DNA from: Sphaerodactylus townsendi | Taxonomy: Eukaryota | DNA length: 64,000 nt | Direction of reading: 5' to 3' | NCBI RefSeq assembly: GCF_021028975.2 | Contig: NC_059427.1 | Location: forward strand, 73,346,001 to 73,410,000 | Shown: positions 40,881-52,360 of the stretch, one piece after another | Position numbering within the stretch: the first letter of the stretch is position 1 | Layout: every line of letters starts with the position of its first letter | Position numbers and translations under genes: made by a program | Notes under the pieces: generated by a model | The model's database searches: none | The model's input: only the letters and a program-made list of their open reading frames with translations | What the model was told of the DNA's origin: nothing

Positions 40881-43420
40881 TCAATCTCTCTCTCTTTCAA
40901 AATCCTATGTCAGTCAGATGTGACTTGATGGCAAAAGAAAGAAAGGATATATGTACTTGTGGACAAAGTATCGTGTAAGTGAAAATAACAGTTGTAAAAT
41001 AAATTTGTTCCCTAGATCCACCACACTTGCCCTTTCCACCCTTTTCTAGAAAGTGTATAACTTCACCTAATGCAAAACAATAGCCCACCTATTAGTTTGG
41101 CTCATCCCTCTGAGCATAAAGCAGGCTCTTAACTCTGTATGAAGGCCACTTTTTATGCAGGCCCTTCTTTTGTCACAAGCAAGGAGACTAGGACAGCCAG
41201 GATGTATCTGCTGCTGAGCACTGCAGAGTTAGGAACTCAGTGAAGTATGTGTATGTGTGTGTGCATGCACACACATGGGCTTACAGCTGCTGCTGCTGCT
41301 TCTACCAACTTCCTGGAGACACTGGGGGTTTTCTGGAGATCATTCAGGAAAAGAAACTCTGTATTAATTACTGGATGTGTGTTTGATGTGCTCTAAAATC
41401 ACAGTAGGTAGTGATGAATGTTAACTTCCAGCCACTCTGTAGCCCAGAGTCTACCTTCCTCATCCATCCTACAAAGTTCATTTGCTCCTTGCTTCTCACC
41501 CAGTCTCCCTGTGCCTTCTGTGCCTTTGGACATCCTTGTTCTGGACTCATATCTTTCCTGCTCTCCTGAAAGACTATTTATTGGCTTACAAGACAGACAG
41601 TCCTCATGGGGCAAAATCACAGCTAAACCCAGTCACCATTTCCGTTGCACCTGAGGGCCTTTCCTGGGTTCAAAGTGATGCCCCCAAATACAGAGACCAG
41701 CAGGCTGCTCTGGGAAGCCAGCAGCTCTCTCTCCAAGCTTGCCAGCCTCCTCCTTTCCTATGTGGTCTGAAGTCATGGTCTGTGCAGCCAGCCCAGCCTT
41801 CTGCCTCTTCTTGAGCTGACAGACTGGTGGCCTATCAGTTAGCTCCAGAATGAAATCTGGGTTGGCAGCAGCTTAGTCTGAGCTGGTGTGTAGATTTGTC
41901 TGCCACCCCAAGGAAGCAACTGTCACAGAGGCACTACCTCAGGGTGCAGTTGGCATGGGCCTTCCTCCTCTTGGGCATCTTGCCAGGGCCAGCAAACTTG
42001 TGCCCTTGGCCTGCCTCTCTGGGTTGCTCCCAAGGAGGTGTGGCTGCATTGCAGAGGGACAGCCCAGGTACATGGAAAGGATGACTCACTGCTCACTCCC
42101 CCCCACCCCCCCACCCCCACCCCCAACCCTACACCCCCAACCCTACACCTGTGCTCTGAATTCCTGCACTTCTCTGAATCAGTTCACCTGAATGTCATGG
42201 GGTTAATAAGAACCTCCCACCCACTAATTCTGTGGAAATGTGGACAAGCTGTAAGTATTCTGGGAGCTGTTCTGAACCTAGCGATTGTGCTGAATACAAG
42301 TCCAGCTTTCAGATCAGTGAAGAGGATTGTCCAGGATCCAAAGACTCCGCTTGCGCCCTCCTGATGGCACAGGAATGGCTTCCCCCATGCCTGCCAGAGA
42401 CTTCAGGTGCTGCTTAGTTTGGTTATTTCTGTCTACGGTAATGTTATGTATCTGTGCAAGGGAGACGTGTATCAGAAAGCTCACCTCTTCCGAGCCTGGT
42501 TAGTTATTACCGCCCTGACAGGGGAAGGAACTGCCAACCAGAGTGTGAGCTCATTTAAGAAAATGGATGCATTGTGAGAAGCATGAATATTATGTGCAGT
42601 TGCACACTGTGGGAGGGCACTGCCAGGCGCACACACATGCATGAAAAGATACACACACACAGAGCTCAACTGATAGAGATTCAGATGTCTTGGCTAGCAA
42701 AGGAAAGAAAGTGTGCTTATGATGGGGGGGCAGGGGCAGTGTGGTGTCAATGAGAGCATCTGAAATGGGCTCACCCTGACTGCTGAGGAGGGGCTGCTGT
42801 TTTCTTTATAGGAGTGCCCCTGCCCCCTTTCAAGAAGGGCAAGTGAAAGGCAGGCAAGGTCAAACGAGTCACTAAGCCATAATGAACGACTGAGCTAATG
42901 GAACTGAGGGGTAGCACATAGCAACAGTTCAGACAGAAAACACAATGCCGTCAGTGTTGCTACCGAACCTCAGAAACAGCCCCTCTTGTTGTCAGTTCTC
43001 AGAGAGCCAACCTTAAGCATTTGGAAGGGGGAGGGGGTGAAAGAGAGCAAGGGTGATGGATGGATGTGCTCCAGACCCAGAGGCTGCCTAGGCTTATTAC
43101 TTTACACCAGCTGGGCCCCACCGAGCCGCATCCATGAGAGTTAACAAACCAGAAGCACATTCATCTAACACAGCTGTCACCCTGGCCCAGTAGTGATGTC
43201 CCCTCGCCTCGACAAAAGGTCCCCACAACACACTGGTGCCTGTGTGGGCCTCTGGCACACTTTTCCTTCAGCAGGACAGGGCACACTTCTTCACCTTCTC
43301 ATTCCTATGGTGACCCCCATTAGACGCTCCCATCCACAGCGTGGCAAAGCAAACTCTTCCCCACTTGCCAGCACCTAGAGAGAAGGCAACTGTCAGTAAT
43401 GATTTCAACAGCCTTTACAG

Positions 43421-43606
43421 CAGCAGTTCTCAACCTGTGGGTTGCGACCCCTTTGGGGGTCGAGCGACCCTTTCACAGGGGCCGCCTAAGACTCTCTGCA
43501 TCAGTGTTCTCCATCTGTAAAATGGATAAATGTTAGGGTTGGGGGTCACCACAACATGAGGAACTGTATTAAAGGGTCGCAGCATTAGGAAGGTTGAGAA
43601 CCACTG
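43421..43606. mobile_element. SPIN/URR1-type non-autonomous hAT MITE (186 bp)
   Basis: Ends match the recalled SPIN/URR1 consensus (minus strand CAGTGGTTCTCAACCTTCCTAATGC.GCGACCCTTTAATACAGTTCCTCATGTTGTGGTGACCCCCAACC ... GACCCCCAAAGGGGTCGC.ACCCACAGGTTGAGAAC). Exact 8-bp TSD CTTTACAG. Confidence 0.85.
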
Positions 43607-44204
43607 CTTTACAGCAACAACGTAACATGGGCCGGTATTGTTATCTTTACACTCCCCACAGCAAGCTGCGGCTGGGTGTGTGGCTTGCCAAAGGCCTCCT
43701 AGTGACCTCATACCAAGATCTGAACCAGGGATTTCCAGGCTTGCTGCTCATATTTCCAGGCCTAACTATATGCTATGTTTTCCCCAGAGATGACCCTGGG
43801 TTGGGTGGGGAGGTGTGTTCTGAAGTTCAGTGCTGTTGTGGAAACATGAAAGGTGCATCAATAATACACAAGCATCCTCCAGATGGGCAAACAACACCGT
43901 CTGGGGCCATCCTCTAGTCCAGAGTCAGGAAAATGGTATTTGTGGGGAAGTCTAAGCCTACCTTTCTCCATGTGCCATGCTTCTAATCCAAACTGGGCCT
44001 GATTATACTTGAGAAGCATATAGTTTCAGAATGCATCACTCACCCAAACCAGGGACATCTTTGGGGACAATGTAATGTATAATTAGGTCCTTAGCCTTTA
44101 CATTATATCAAACTCTAGATCAAGATTCCGAGGAACTCCAGATATGGAAACATATCACAGACAGTCATTTTTCCAGCAACACACTTGGTACTAGAGAACT
44201 GAAA

Positions 44205-44427
44205 TGTGTACGTGTAAAGTGCTGTCAAGTTGCAGCCAGCTTATGGTGACTCCACAGGGTTTTCAAGGCAAGTATTTTCAAGGCAAGAAAATTACAGAGG
44301 TGGCTTGCTATTACCTCTGCATATTGACCCTGGAATTCCTTGATGCTCTCTACTAACCATGGCCAGTCCTATCTAGCTTCCAAGTTCTGATGAGATCAAG
44401 CTAGCGTGCACTATCCAGGTCAAGGCC
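44205..44427 (-). mobile_element. 5S rRNA-derived SINE
   Basis: Reverse complement contains CTTGATCTCATCAGAACTTGGAAGCTAG and the shared body/tail. Confidence 0.65.
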
Positions 44428-47067
44428 TTACCAAGAGTGCAGGTTACTAAACACATTCTTTGACCTGCATGTACCTCTATACCACTTAGATCTGAAGAGC
44501 TCAGACTAGCCCGGGCATCCAGGTTATGGCAGAACTGAAATACCTTTCTCATATCACTCTGAGCCATCATCCAAATCTGCCAATAGGTCTCATCTGAGAA
44601 AATCACACCTGAAAATCTAGCTGTGTTACTCTGCTCATGCTCCAAAGTCAGCACTGAGTTAAACTTACCCCTTACTTTTCTCTCCTCCTTCCCATAATGA
44701 GAATAAACTAGAGGATTCTGTCAATTTGGAGCCAAGTACCATCAAAAGAAGTACAATATCAATGAGGAGCCAGGACTGACACTCTCCCATGGTCGAAGAA
44801 GGAGGGGTTGAGTTCATTGACTCATCCATTCATGTAAGTTGAACCAAAGGGACATGAGCAGACCAGCCTAGTGCTGCAGTGGGGAGTTCTTAACAGACAG
44901 CCTCCCTCTCCCAGAGAGCACAGAACTCTGTCACTGCTGAGTGACCCAGGCAGAAGCTAGACCTGAAATCCCAAAGACATACAGAGTTGTCAACAAAACA
45001 AGCTTTGCACAAACTGGTCGCCAGCCACCTTTGGCCTGAGAACACCAAAGGATGTTAGTATGTGTGGTCAGAGCTCACTGAGAATAGCCTTCTGGGATTT
45101 TCCCTAAGCAAGCTCTAATAAGCTTCATATTTCTCCAGCAGAAGGAAAGATGAAGTTTGCAGCCCAAGGATCCTGACACATGAGGCTACTGGAAGCAGAC
45201 AGGCCCTGGCTGAGTGCTGGGCTTTATTCCGATGGGTGAGATTAGCATTCTGGGCTAACATGTCCACTTTGGAGACAATGTTAGCACATGGAGCTGAGTG
45301 ACTCTGACACAGGCCATTTATCAAGCCCTTTCTGCTGCAAGTGACAACCTGGTAATGCCACTCTGGATGGAACTCTGCTCGGGCCTAGATAGCAGAGGAA
45401 GCTTTTTTTCTCTTTTCACCATGATGCTATGGGACTATCGGCATGTATTTATGCACATCAGTGTGCTGTAACATTGGTACACAATACATCCTTTCATAGG
45501 GAAATGGCAGCACAAGGAAGAAAATATTAGTTTGGCCACTGCCTGTCCCACCTTCCTCCCTTTCCCAAATAACTGGCGCACTTCCTTTCTCTCTGGGATG
45601 AAGCAATGATAATTTGAGCATGAAGGAATAACAAAATCCACTGGATAGCAAAAGCTCCTCTCTTCCCCCAGTGAAGTTCAGTTAGGCAACTGAATCTGTC
45701 CACAGCCATATGGTAAGAGAGGAGAGCAACATTACAGATGCAGCGTTATACCTGTTCAAAGGAGAATGGGCTTTCTGGCTCCTCTAAAGCCTGTCTCTGA
45801 CAATGGTACATCTAAATTTTATAACCTGAAGGCATGTGGCCATCACTCACTCCACAGTTACTGTCCCCTCAGACTTTGTTAACAAAAGATCAGGCCTGGA
45901 ACACACTGCTAGCCTCGGCTGCTGAGCCTAATTAAGCACTGCGGGAATGTTCCTTTTATGAATGGACAGATAACTTCCTCATGCACTACTTTTGATGAAA
46001 TGGGTAAAAGGGGGTACTAGCAATCATCTCTGCCCCAGGAGCCAGCAGGGGGTGGTCTGGATGGAAGGGGAGGAGTAGAGTATTTGTCAGCAAAAATGGA
46101 TGCTGTTATTCCCTAATGCCCAAGTTGTCATCACTCAGGTCCAGAGAGAGGAGATGCTGTCTCTGTCACAAGGCCATATAAGCAAAATAGTATCTTTTTT
46201 TAATTTCCCAGGAGGACTTTCCAAGTTGTAACATATTGTCATGGCAGCAAAAAAACCCTGTTTATCATTCCACCATGTAGTTCATAGGCAAGGCTGAGCA
46301 CACTGTCCACATTTTAGCAAACAGGGAATGCATTTATATGCAACAAGCTTTTAAAATTCTAGGTCATGGCAGCCCCACCTCTGTACCTAGAAATGCTGGA
46401 TTTTTCAGCATATGTCAGTGTATCCACAAATTTGGATCTATTTGCTTGTTTTGCAGTATTTATTCTGTTACTTCTGGTCATTAGGAGAGGCAGGAGCTAT
46501 ACAAGGCATTTTTGTTCTCTGATGACAGCGAATCCTTTCATTTCATGGAATCCACAAAGCATCACCTATCTACTTTCAATTCTGTTCTTGCAGATTTAAG
46601 AACTAGAAACTAGATACTTTTAAAAATAAATCTTAGATTGTCAGGATGCCTAGCAATAATGTCTGCGCTTGTGCAATGGGATCACATGGATGCTGGATTC
46701 CCATCAATCTGATCATAGAAATCTTTCTCCAAAGCCAGATTCCAGAATCCTTCCTTTACACAGCTCATTCACACTATTCCTCATTCATGACACATCCAGC
46801 GACACTTGGTTCAATCTCCTAGAATCATCCTTGACTGCTGAAATTATGGTTTCTCTAGTCAGGGCGGGGGTGGCACGTGTGCTGAGCATGGATAGTAGCG
46901 TGTGAAAGGGTTCACTGACTTTGAAGAGCTCTGTAAGGTTTCTAGGCTGCTGCACCGACTGCCTTCCATGTATCAATGAATTCCAAGCTACAACAGATTC
47001 AAACTTTTACTGCCTCCTCATTCACCTAAACCACCTTCAGTGCTATCATATAAACACATATATATTT

Positions 47068-47252
47068 GCCAACAAGTCGCAGCTGACTTACAGTGACCCC
47101 ATTGGGTTCTTAAGGCAAGAGATGTTTGCCACTGCCAGCCTCCACGTCATGACCTTGGTATTCCTTGGAGGTCTCCCATCCAAGTAATAGCCAGGGCCAA
47201 GCCTACTTAGCTTCCAATATCTGACAAGATTTGGCAAGCCTGGGTTACCCAG
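47068..47252 (-). mobile_element. 5S rRNA-derived SINE
   Basis: Reverse complement contains GGAAGCTAAGTAGGCTTGGCCCTGGCTATTACTTGGATGGGAGACC (5S-like). Confidence 0.7.
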
Positions 47253-47337
47253 GTCATGGGGGCTATCTGATGAAGCCACCTATATAGTCAGCCAATACAG
47301 AACTCGCTTGTGCTCCTTAGTACTATTCACTGCACTC

Positions 47338-47358
47338 TGAGCTGTCCATGGTGCTGAG
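47338..47358 (-). promoter_or_regulatory. RE1/NRSE (REST binding site)
   Basis: Minus strand reads CTCAGCACCATGGACAGCTCA versus consensus TTCAGCACCACGGACAGCGCC. Both half-sites are intact with the canonical 2-nt spacer. Confidence 0.75.
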
Positions 47359-49499
47359 ACTGTCCCATGCCTACTCCTGTAGACAACTGGGCCTCAGTCC
47401 ACATGATTGTGGTTTAAGCTAGTGAATGAGCTATTTCCATGCTCCAATCTTTGTTTAACACTCCAGCATTTTCTGTTGTGCTCTGATGCTGCCTGGAGTC
47501 TGTTGACAAAGGAAGGGAAAACATTTTCACTGAGAGAAGAGGCTTGTCTGGCATGGATCTTGACTGGAGGGCTATTGTCCCCAGCAGGCTCATTGGGGCT
47601 GGCAGCACACAACTCCACAATGTATCTGTATGATTGGGCTATTGTCCACTAAGTGGCTTGCTGAGCCCTCCAGATTCCCAACACACAACAGCTCCAGTGT
47701 CAATGGAAGCAGCCAACTGGACACAAGCAGCGAGTCAAGCCAAGAGCACACAGAAGGGATGTCCCTTTAGGTCATGGCTCAGGCATGCTGGCTGAGCACC
47801 AGGCAAAGAGGCTTCCAAGACATCCCTCAGTGGAGCCTGGTTCAATCTGTTTGCAGTTCATCATTAAAGCACAATTGTGAATGCAGAGAACTGTGCAGGC
47901 ACTAGTTTCTAGGAGCCAACTGTGGATGGATGAAGGGAGCTGTTCCCAGCTGAAGTTCATAATCTGTATTGATCTCTTGAAATTGATTCCCCTGATGCAA
48001 GGGCACATGAACTGACAAAGCCAGGTAGCAAGTCAGGAAACAAGACCCTAAAACCATGTGTGGGATGACATGTGGCATTTGAAGCATCAGAAAATTCTGA
48101 AAAAACTGCAAGTAATGAGCCACCTAAGTTAAAAGCAAGGAACCCACCAGGATTTATAAGTAGTATATTTGTGGTGATGTGAATAATAAATTAATGTTGG
48201 AAAATGCTCTCAAAGTCTCCCTCATTCATGCTAACACACCTTATTTTCCAGGAGAACTCTGGAAATGAATGTAACAGAGCACAGACCTAGTAGCTCAGGT
48301 CCTGCTGGGTACTGCCAGTTTAAAAAGCTGGAAATAGGGAACTGCAGATGGAACAGGCCATTAAAATATATGCCAAAGGGGAAAGCCACATACAAAGAGT
48401 ATACGAACGTATAATAAAATGCACTCTATGGGACAGAAAACAGGCAAGTACATTCAGGCTATCCACCAACTGAAGCATGAGTTACACATGACTGTCCTAA
48501 CGCCAGCTACGCTCAAGAAAGCAAGTGCATTATGCCCTTATCTAGACTGGGGGTAACAAACATATTCTGTGTCCTGTGTATAGCTCTGGTGTGATAAATC
48601 TTTATCACTGCTCTGTCGTGCATAAAATATATATACTTCTTGCTCTGTGCAAACACTTTGAGATCCCTGAAACAATATTACTATATCTGCTCAGAATCTG
48701 AGCACTGGAGGATTCTTTACACCTGTAGGAAGTGTGATGTTGCTGCCAACCCCTAAGAATTGTGGGTTTTCCAGGCTGTGTGGCCGTGGTCTGGTAGATC
48801 TTATTCCTAACGTTTCGCCTGCATAGTTTTGTTGGCCATGTTGACCCCTGCCCCCCCCCCCATCAAGTACTGGAATTTTTCATCTCCTTCCAAAATTCAT
48901 CTTCCTAGTTGGCTTGCTGAGTCCTGATGAGCAATATTTGCAATATTTCCCAGAGTCATCCAAGTGGCCATTCTTTGCTAGAGTTGCCAGCTTGTCTCAT
49001 TACTTGGGCAATTTTTTAATGGGCATCTGCCTTCTCTTAAATCCTGGTCTGCAGGATTCCTATTCACTCCCTTTGGCCGTCACTGACCCTCCCACGCCTG
49101 TGGATGAAATATGGCATTAAAGTGTTTGAGACATGCCAGGAGCTGGAAGTCTCTCAGTCCAGCTTGATGATGGGTAAACTTCAAACTCGCACCATGAACT
49201 CCTTGGAGGAAAATAAGGATAAATAATTCACCTGTCTGGAAAGTTCCCCCCCCCCCCGCAATTTGTTCCCCTGCCCACTCTCACCTGAAGCAGAGGGCCC
49301 TGTTACCAGTGGGGGTGTGTTTGGCTGCCTTCTCAATTGTCATTGGTGAGCCCTTCCTCCATTTGTGTCCAAGAAGAGAGTTGCTCACTTAGCCAGAGAT
49401 GGTTTTCACTGAACACATTCCTGACTTGACTGTTTCTTTCCACGTGGCCATCACTCTAACGTGCGCGTGGCTGCACTGCAAACTCTCTGCACTGCATGG

Positions 49500-50450
49500 C
49501 TCTATACTGAAAGCGGGAAGGGTGGGCTTCGCCATCGTGGCCCGGAGCTGCCCGGCCTGCCTCCTGCTGTTCGGAGACTTTAAACGGCGCCGATCCGCTT
49601 TGCAGAGAGCCTGCAGCGCCACGAGGAGCTTTTGCGGGAGAGAGCCGGTGCGGAGCCCTCCCGGCCCTCCCTCTTCCTCCACTTTTGGCCTTTCTCTCCT
49701 GCCTATTAAGACGAGCCCGCTGCGCTCAGTTCAGTCCCCCCTCCCCACCCCCAATTCATCCTGACACCCGGAGCCCCACGCTCGGGGCACAAACGAAGGA
49801 GCGACAACAAGCTCCACGAAAGAGGCTCCCCGCCCCCCGCCGCATTATTAAGCAGGTCGCTCCTTGCCAGGTCGATTTCCAAAAATATTTGAAGTCAACG
49901 GGAGAGTCTCGCAGTTTGCAAGGAACTGAAGACTCTGCAAAATTTCGATGCCACACTTCTTGCGAGGGGGGGGGGGGGATCCAGCAGCAGCAGCAGGAGG
50001 AGGAGGAGGAGGAGGAGGAGGCACCGCGCCGACACCCCCCTCCCGCCGCCCAAACTCGGGGAAACGGGCTAATGCGATGCGCACAGGCAGGTAGAAGGCA
50101 GCGGCGATTCTGGACCTGGGAAGCCCATTAGCTCTGCCACGGCCTCCCCAGGGACACGCGGGGCGGGGCGGGGAGAAAAGTGGAACCTTCCCCTCCCTCT
50201 CCCCGTGGCAGCTGTCTGGCGCGCTTTCCCTTTCCCTCCAGCACCCTCGCGGGGACAGCCCTGCGGGCGAGGCGCTATAATTAATGGGCCCCTAACAAGC
50301 ACCGGGGAATCTATTAGCGGGCCGGAGCGGCAGGCGGAGGAAGAGTGACGGGGGGAGGAGGGAACATCCTTCTTCTGCGAGCCGGGGGCGGGGGACGGGG
50401 TTGGCGGCCGCTTGGCCCAGCCGGCTTTACAGGCGACTTTGGATGCCCAA
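49500..50450 (-). promoter_or_regulatory. CpG island, candidate UNC5A promoter or first-exon region
   Basis: High GC and CpG density outside any recognisable repeat. Has GC boxes (GGGGCGGGGC ~50160), an NRF1-like TGCGCATCGCA (~50073-50083) and (CAG)4(GAG)8. Minus-strand donor-like sites lie just downstream (~49388, ~49284, ~49231). Confidence 0.6.
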
Positions 50451-50834
50451 TAGAACCAAGAAAGGCAACACCCCCTCCCCCCCCCCCCACCAAGACGGAG
50501 GTATTTTTCTTTTTAAACAATTTGAATGAACGAGGATTTCGACTGGAGCTCAATTCCTGAAGCAGCAGTATGCCTCCCTCCCCTCCGAGCTCTCCATGGA
50601 AGTCAAGCCATCTGGGCAATGTAAATCACGGGGTGATAAGGAAGATGGAAGCACTTTGCACATGCTCAGAGGCACTTTGATTTCTAATTTCCCATATCCA
50701 CCGTTCCTGGCACTGAAAGAAGATGCTGGGACTGAGTCCTAGCACAAAGTAAATGCTAAGGTTTCTATTCTGGGATGTGGAGAAGAGGAAGGAAGGGTTT
50801 GGGAAAATTGTTCTGAAAATACTGACAGTGTGAT

Positions 50835-52360
50835 CAGGGATGTACGTATAGATTTTTTATGGGGGGGTTGAGGGCGGGGCCACGCCTCCACCCACCCCTG
50901 AAGGCGTGGCCATGCCTCCCCAAGCCCCACCCTGGTCTCAGTACTTATTTTTTATTTATATTTTACATTTCTACCCCGTCAAATTCCAAAGGGACTCAAG
51001 GCGGCTTACATATAAAAATACAATAATATAAAACGTTACAAAGTGTAAACATATGGAGGATATAAATATATATTAACAGAAATATAAACATTTGGAGGAG
51101 CTTAGAAGAGAAGAAAGAGAAGGGAGCGCTCTAACACATTTGGGAACTCCATTCTTCTTCCCAGAGCTCTCCACTGTCATCCTTACAACAGCCCACCAAG
51201 GTAGCAGAGTCTGAGAACATGTGACTGGGCCGAGGTCATCCAGCTAGCTTCTGCAGCAGACTGGGGATTCAAACTCGGGACTCCCAAATCTCAGCACGAC
51301 ACTCCACCCACCACACCCCGCTGCCCAGTCAGAGACGGGCTGAGAGGCTCCTGGGAGGCCCAGAGGAGCAGCTCTCCGAGGTCAGGGACAGCAATTCCCT
51401 GCCCCCCCCCCTCCGCTGGGCTCCCAGCTGGCAGTCCTTTCTGCTCCGAGCAGAGGTGTAGCTAGGGAAAATGGAGCCCGGTGCAAAATCTGAGTTTTGC
51501 AACCACCAACCCCCCCCCCCCCCCCGCAAGGGTGGCCGCTGTGATGCTGGAATCCATCCCCAAACAGCATCACTTTCAATGGTGTTTAAACTAGGGAGCC
51601 CAGATTCACCTTGGACTCCAGACTCTGGGGTCCACAGTTAAAACAACATTGAAATTGATGCTTCTTTAAATCCATGCCAATAAGGGTGTATTTAAAAGGA
51701 GAACCTGGGGAAATTTGGGGGGTGCCTGCTGTCAGGGGTACAATTGTTAAGCTAGCAGCACCAAAATTTTAGGGTATCTTTAGGAGACCCTCCTGATGAT
51801 ACCACCCAGGTTTGGTGAAGTTTGGTCCAGGGGAGCCAAAGTTATGGACCCTCAAATGTGTAGCTCCCATCTCCTATTAGCTCCCATTGGAAACAATGGG
51901 GGATGGGGCACCCCCTTTGGGAGTCCATAGCTTTGGTTCCCCTGGACCAAACTTCACAAAACTTGGGTGGTATCAGTAGGAGACTCTCCTAATAATATTG
52001 CCCAGGTTTGGAGAAATTTGGTTCATGGGGGTCAAAGGTATGGACCCTCAAATGTGTAGCCCCCATCTTCTATTAGGTTCCATTGGAAACAATGGGGGAT
52101 GGGGCACCCCCTTTGGGAGTCCATAACTTTGGACCCTCTGAACCAAACTTCACCAAACCTGGGTAGTATCACCAGGAGGTTCTCCTAAAGATACCCTGAA
52201 AGTTTGGTGCTGCTAGCTTAAAAACTGCGCCCCCTGCAGGCCGAAAATCGAAAAAACTCTTTAAAATACAAAAAACCACAAACGGGGGCGGGGGGGGCGA
52301 AGCTTCAGACATGTAATGGGGGGTTGAACCCGAGAACCCCCCCCCTTACCTATGTCTTTG
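50835..52360. mobile_element. Composite non-autonomous hAT-type element (same family as 55302-56138) with ~500 bp extra internal sequence
   Basis: Left end CAGGGATGTACGTATAGATTTTTTATGGGGGG and right end CCCCTTACCTATGTCTTTG match the 55.3-56.1 kb copy. Has an internal ~180-bp tandem duplication. The TSD is only degenerate (AGTGTGAT / AGTTGCGAT). Confidence 0.55.

Noticed and set aside
31940-46060. Weaker CTCF-like matches (CCACCTGATGGCAC ~31949; CCAGCAGGGGGTGG ~46042)
   Set aside because: Mismatches at core positions; cannot be supported without a PWM score or ChIP data.
49756-49845. MRRGAGSLFRGACCRSFVCAPSVGLRVSG as the UNC5A signal-peptide exon
   Set aside because: The ending resembles LRGSG, but it is followed by GA/TGA rather than a GT donor and lacks a hydrophobic core.
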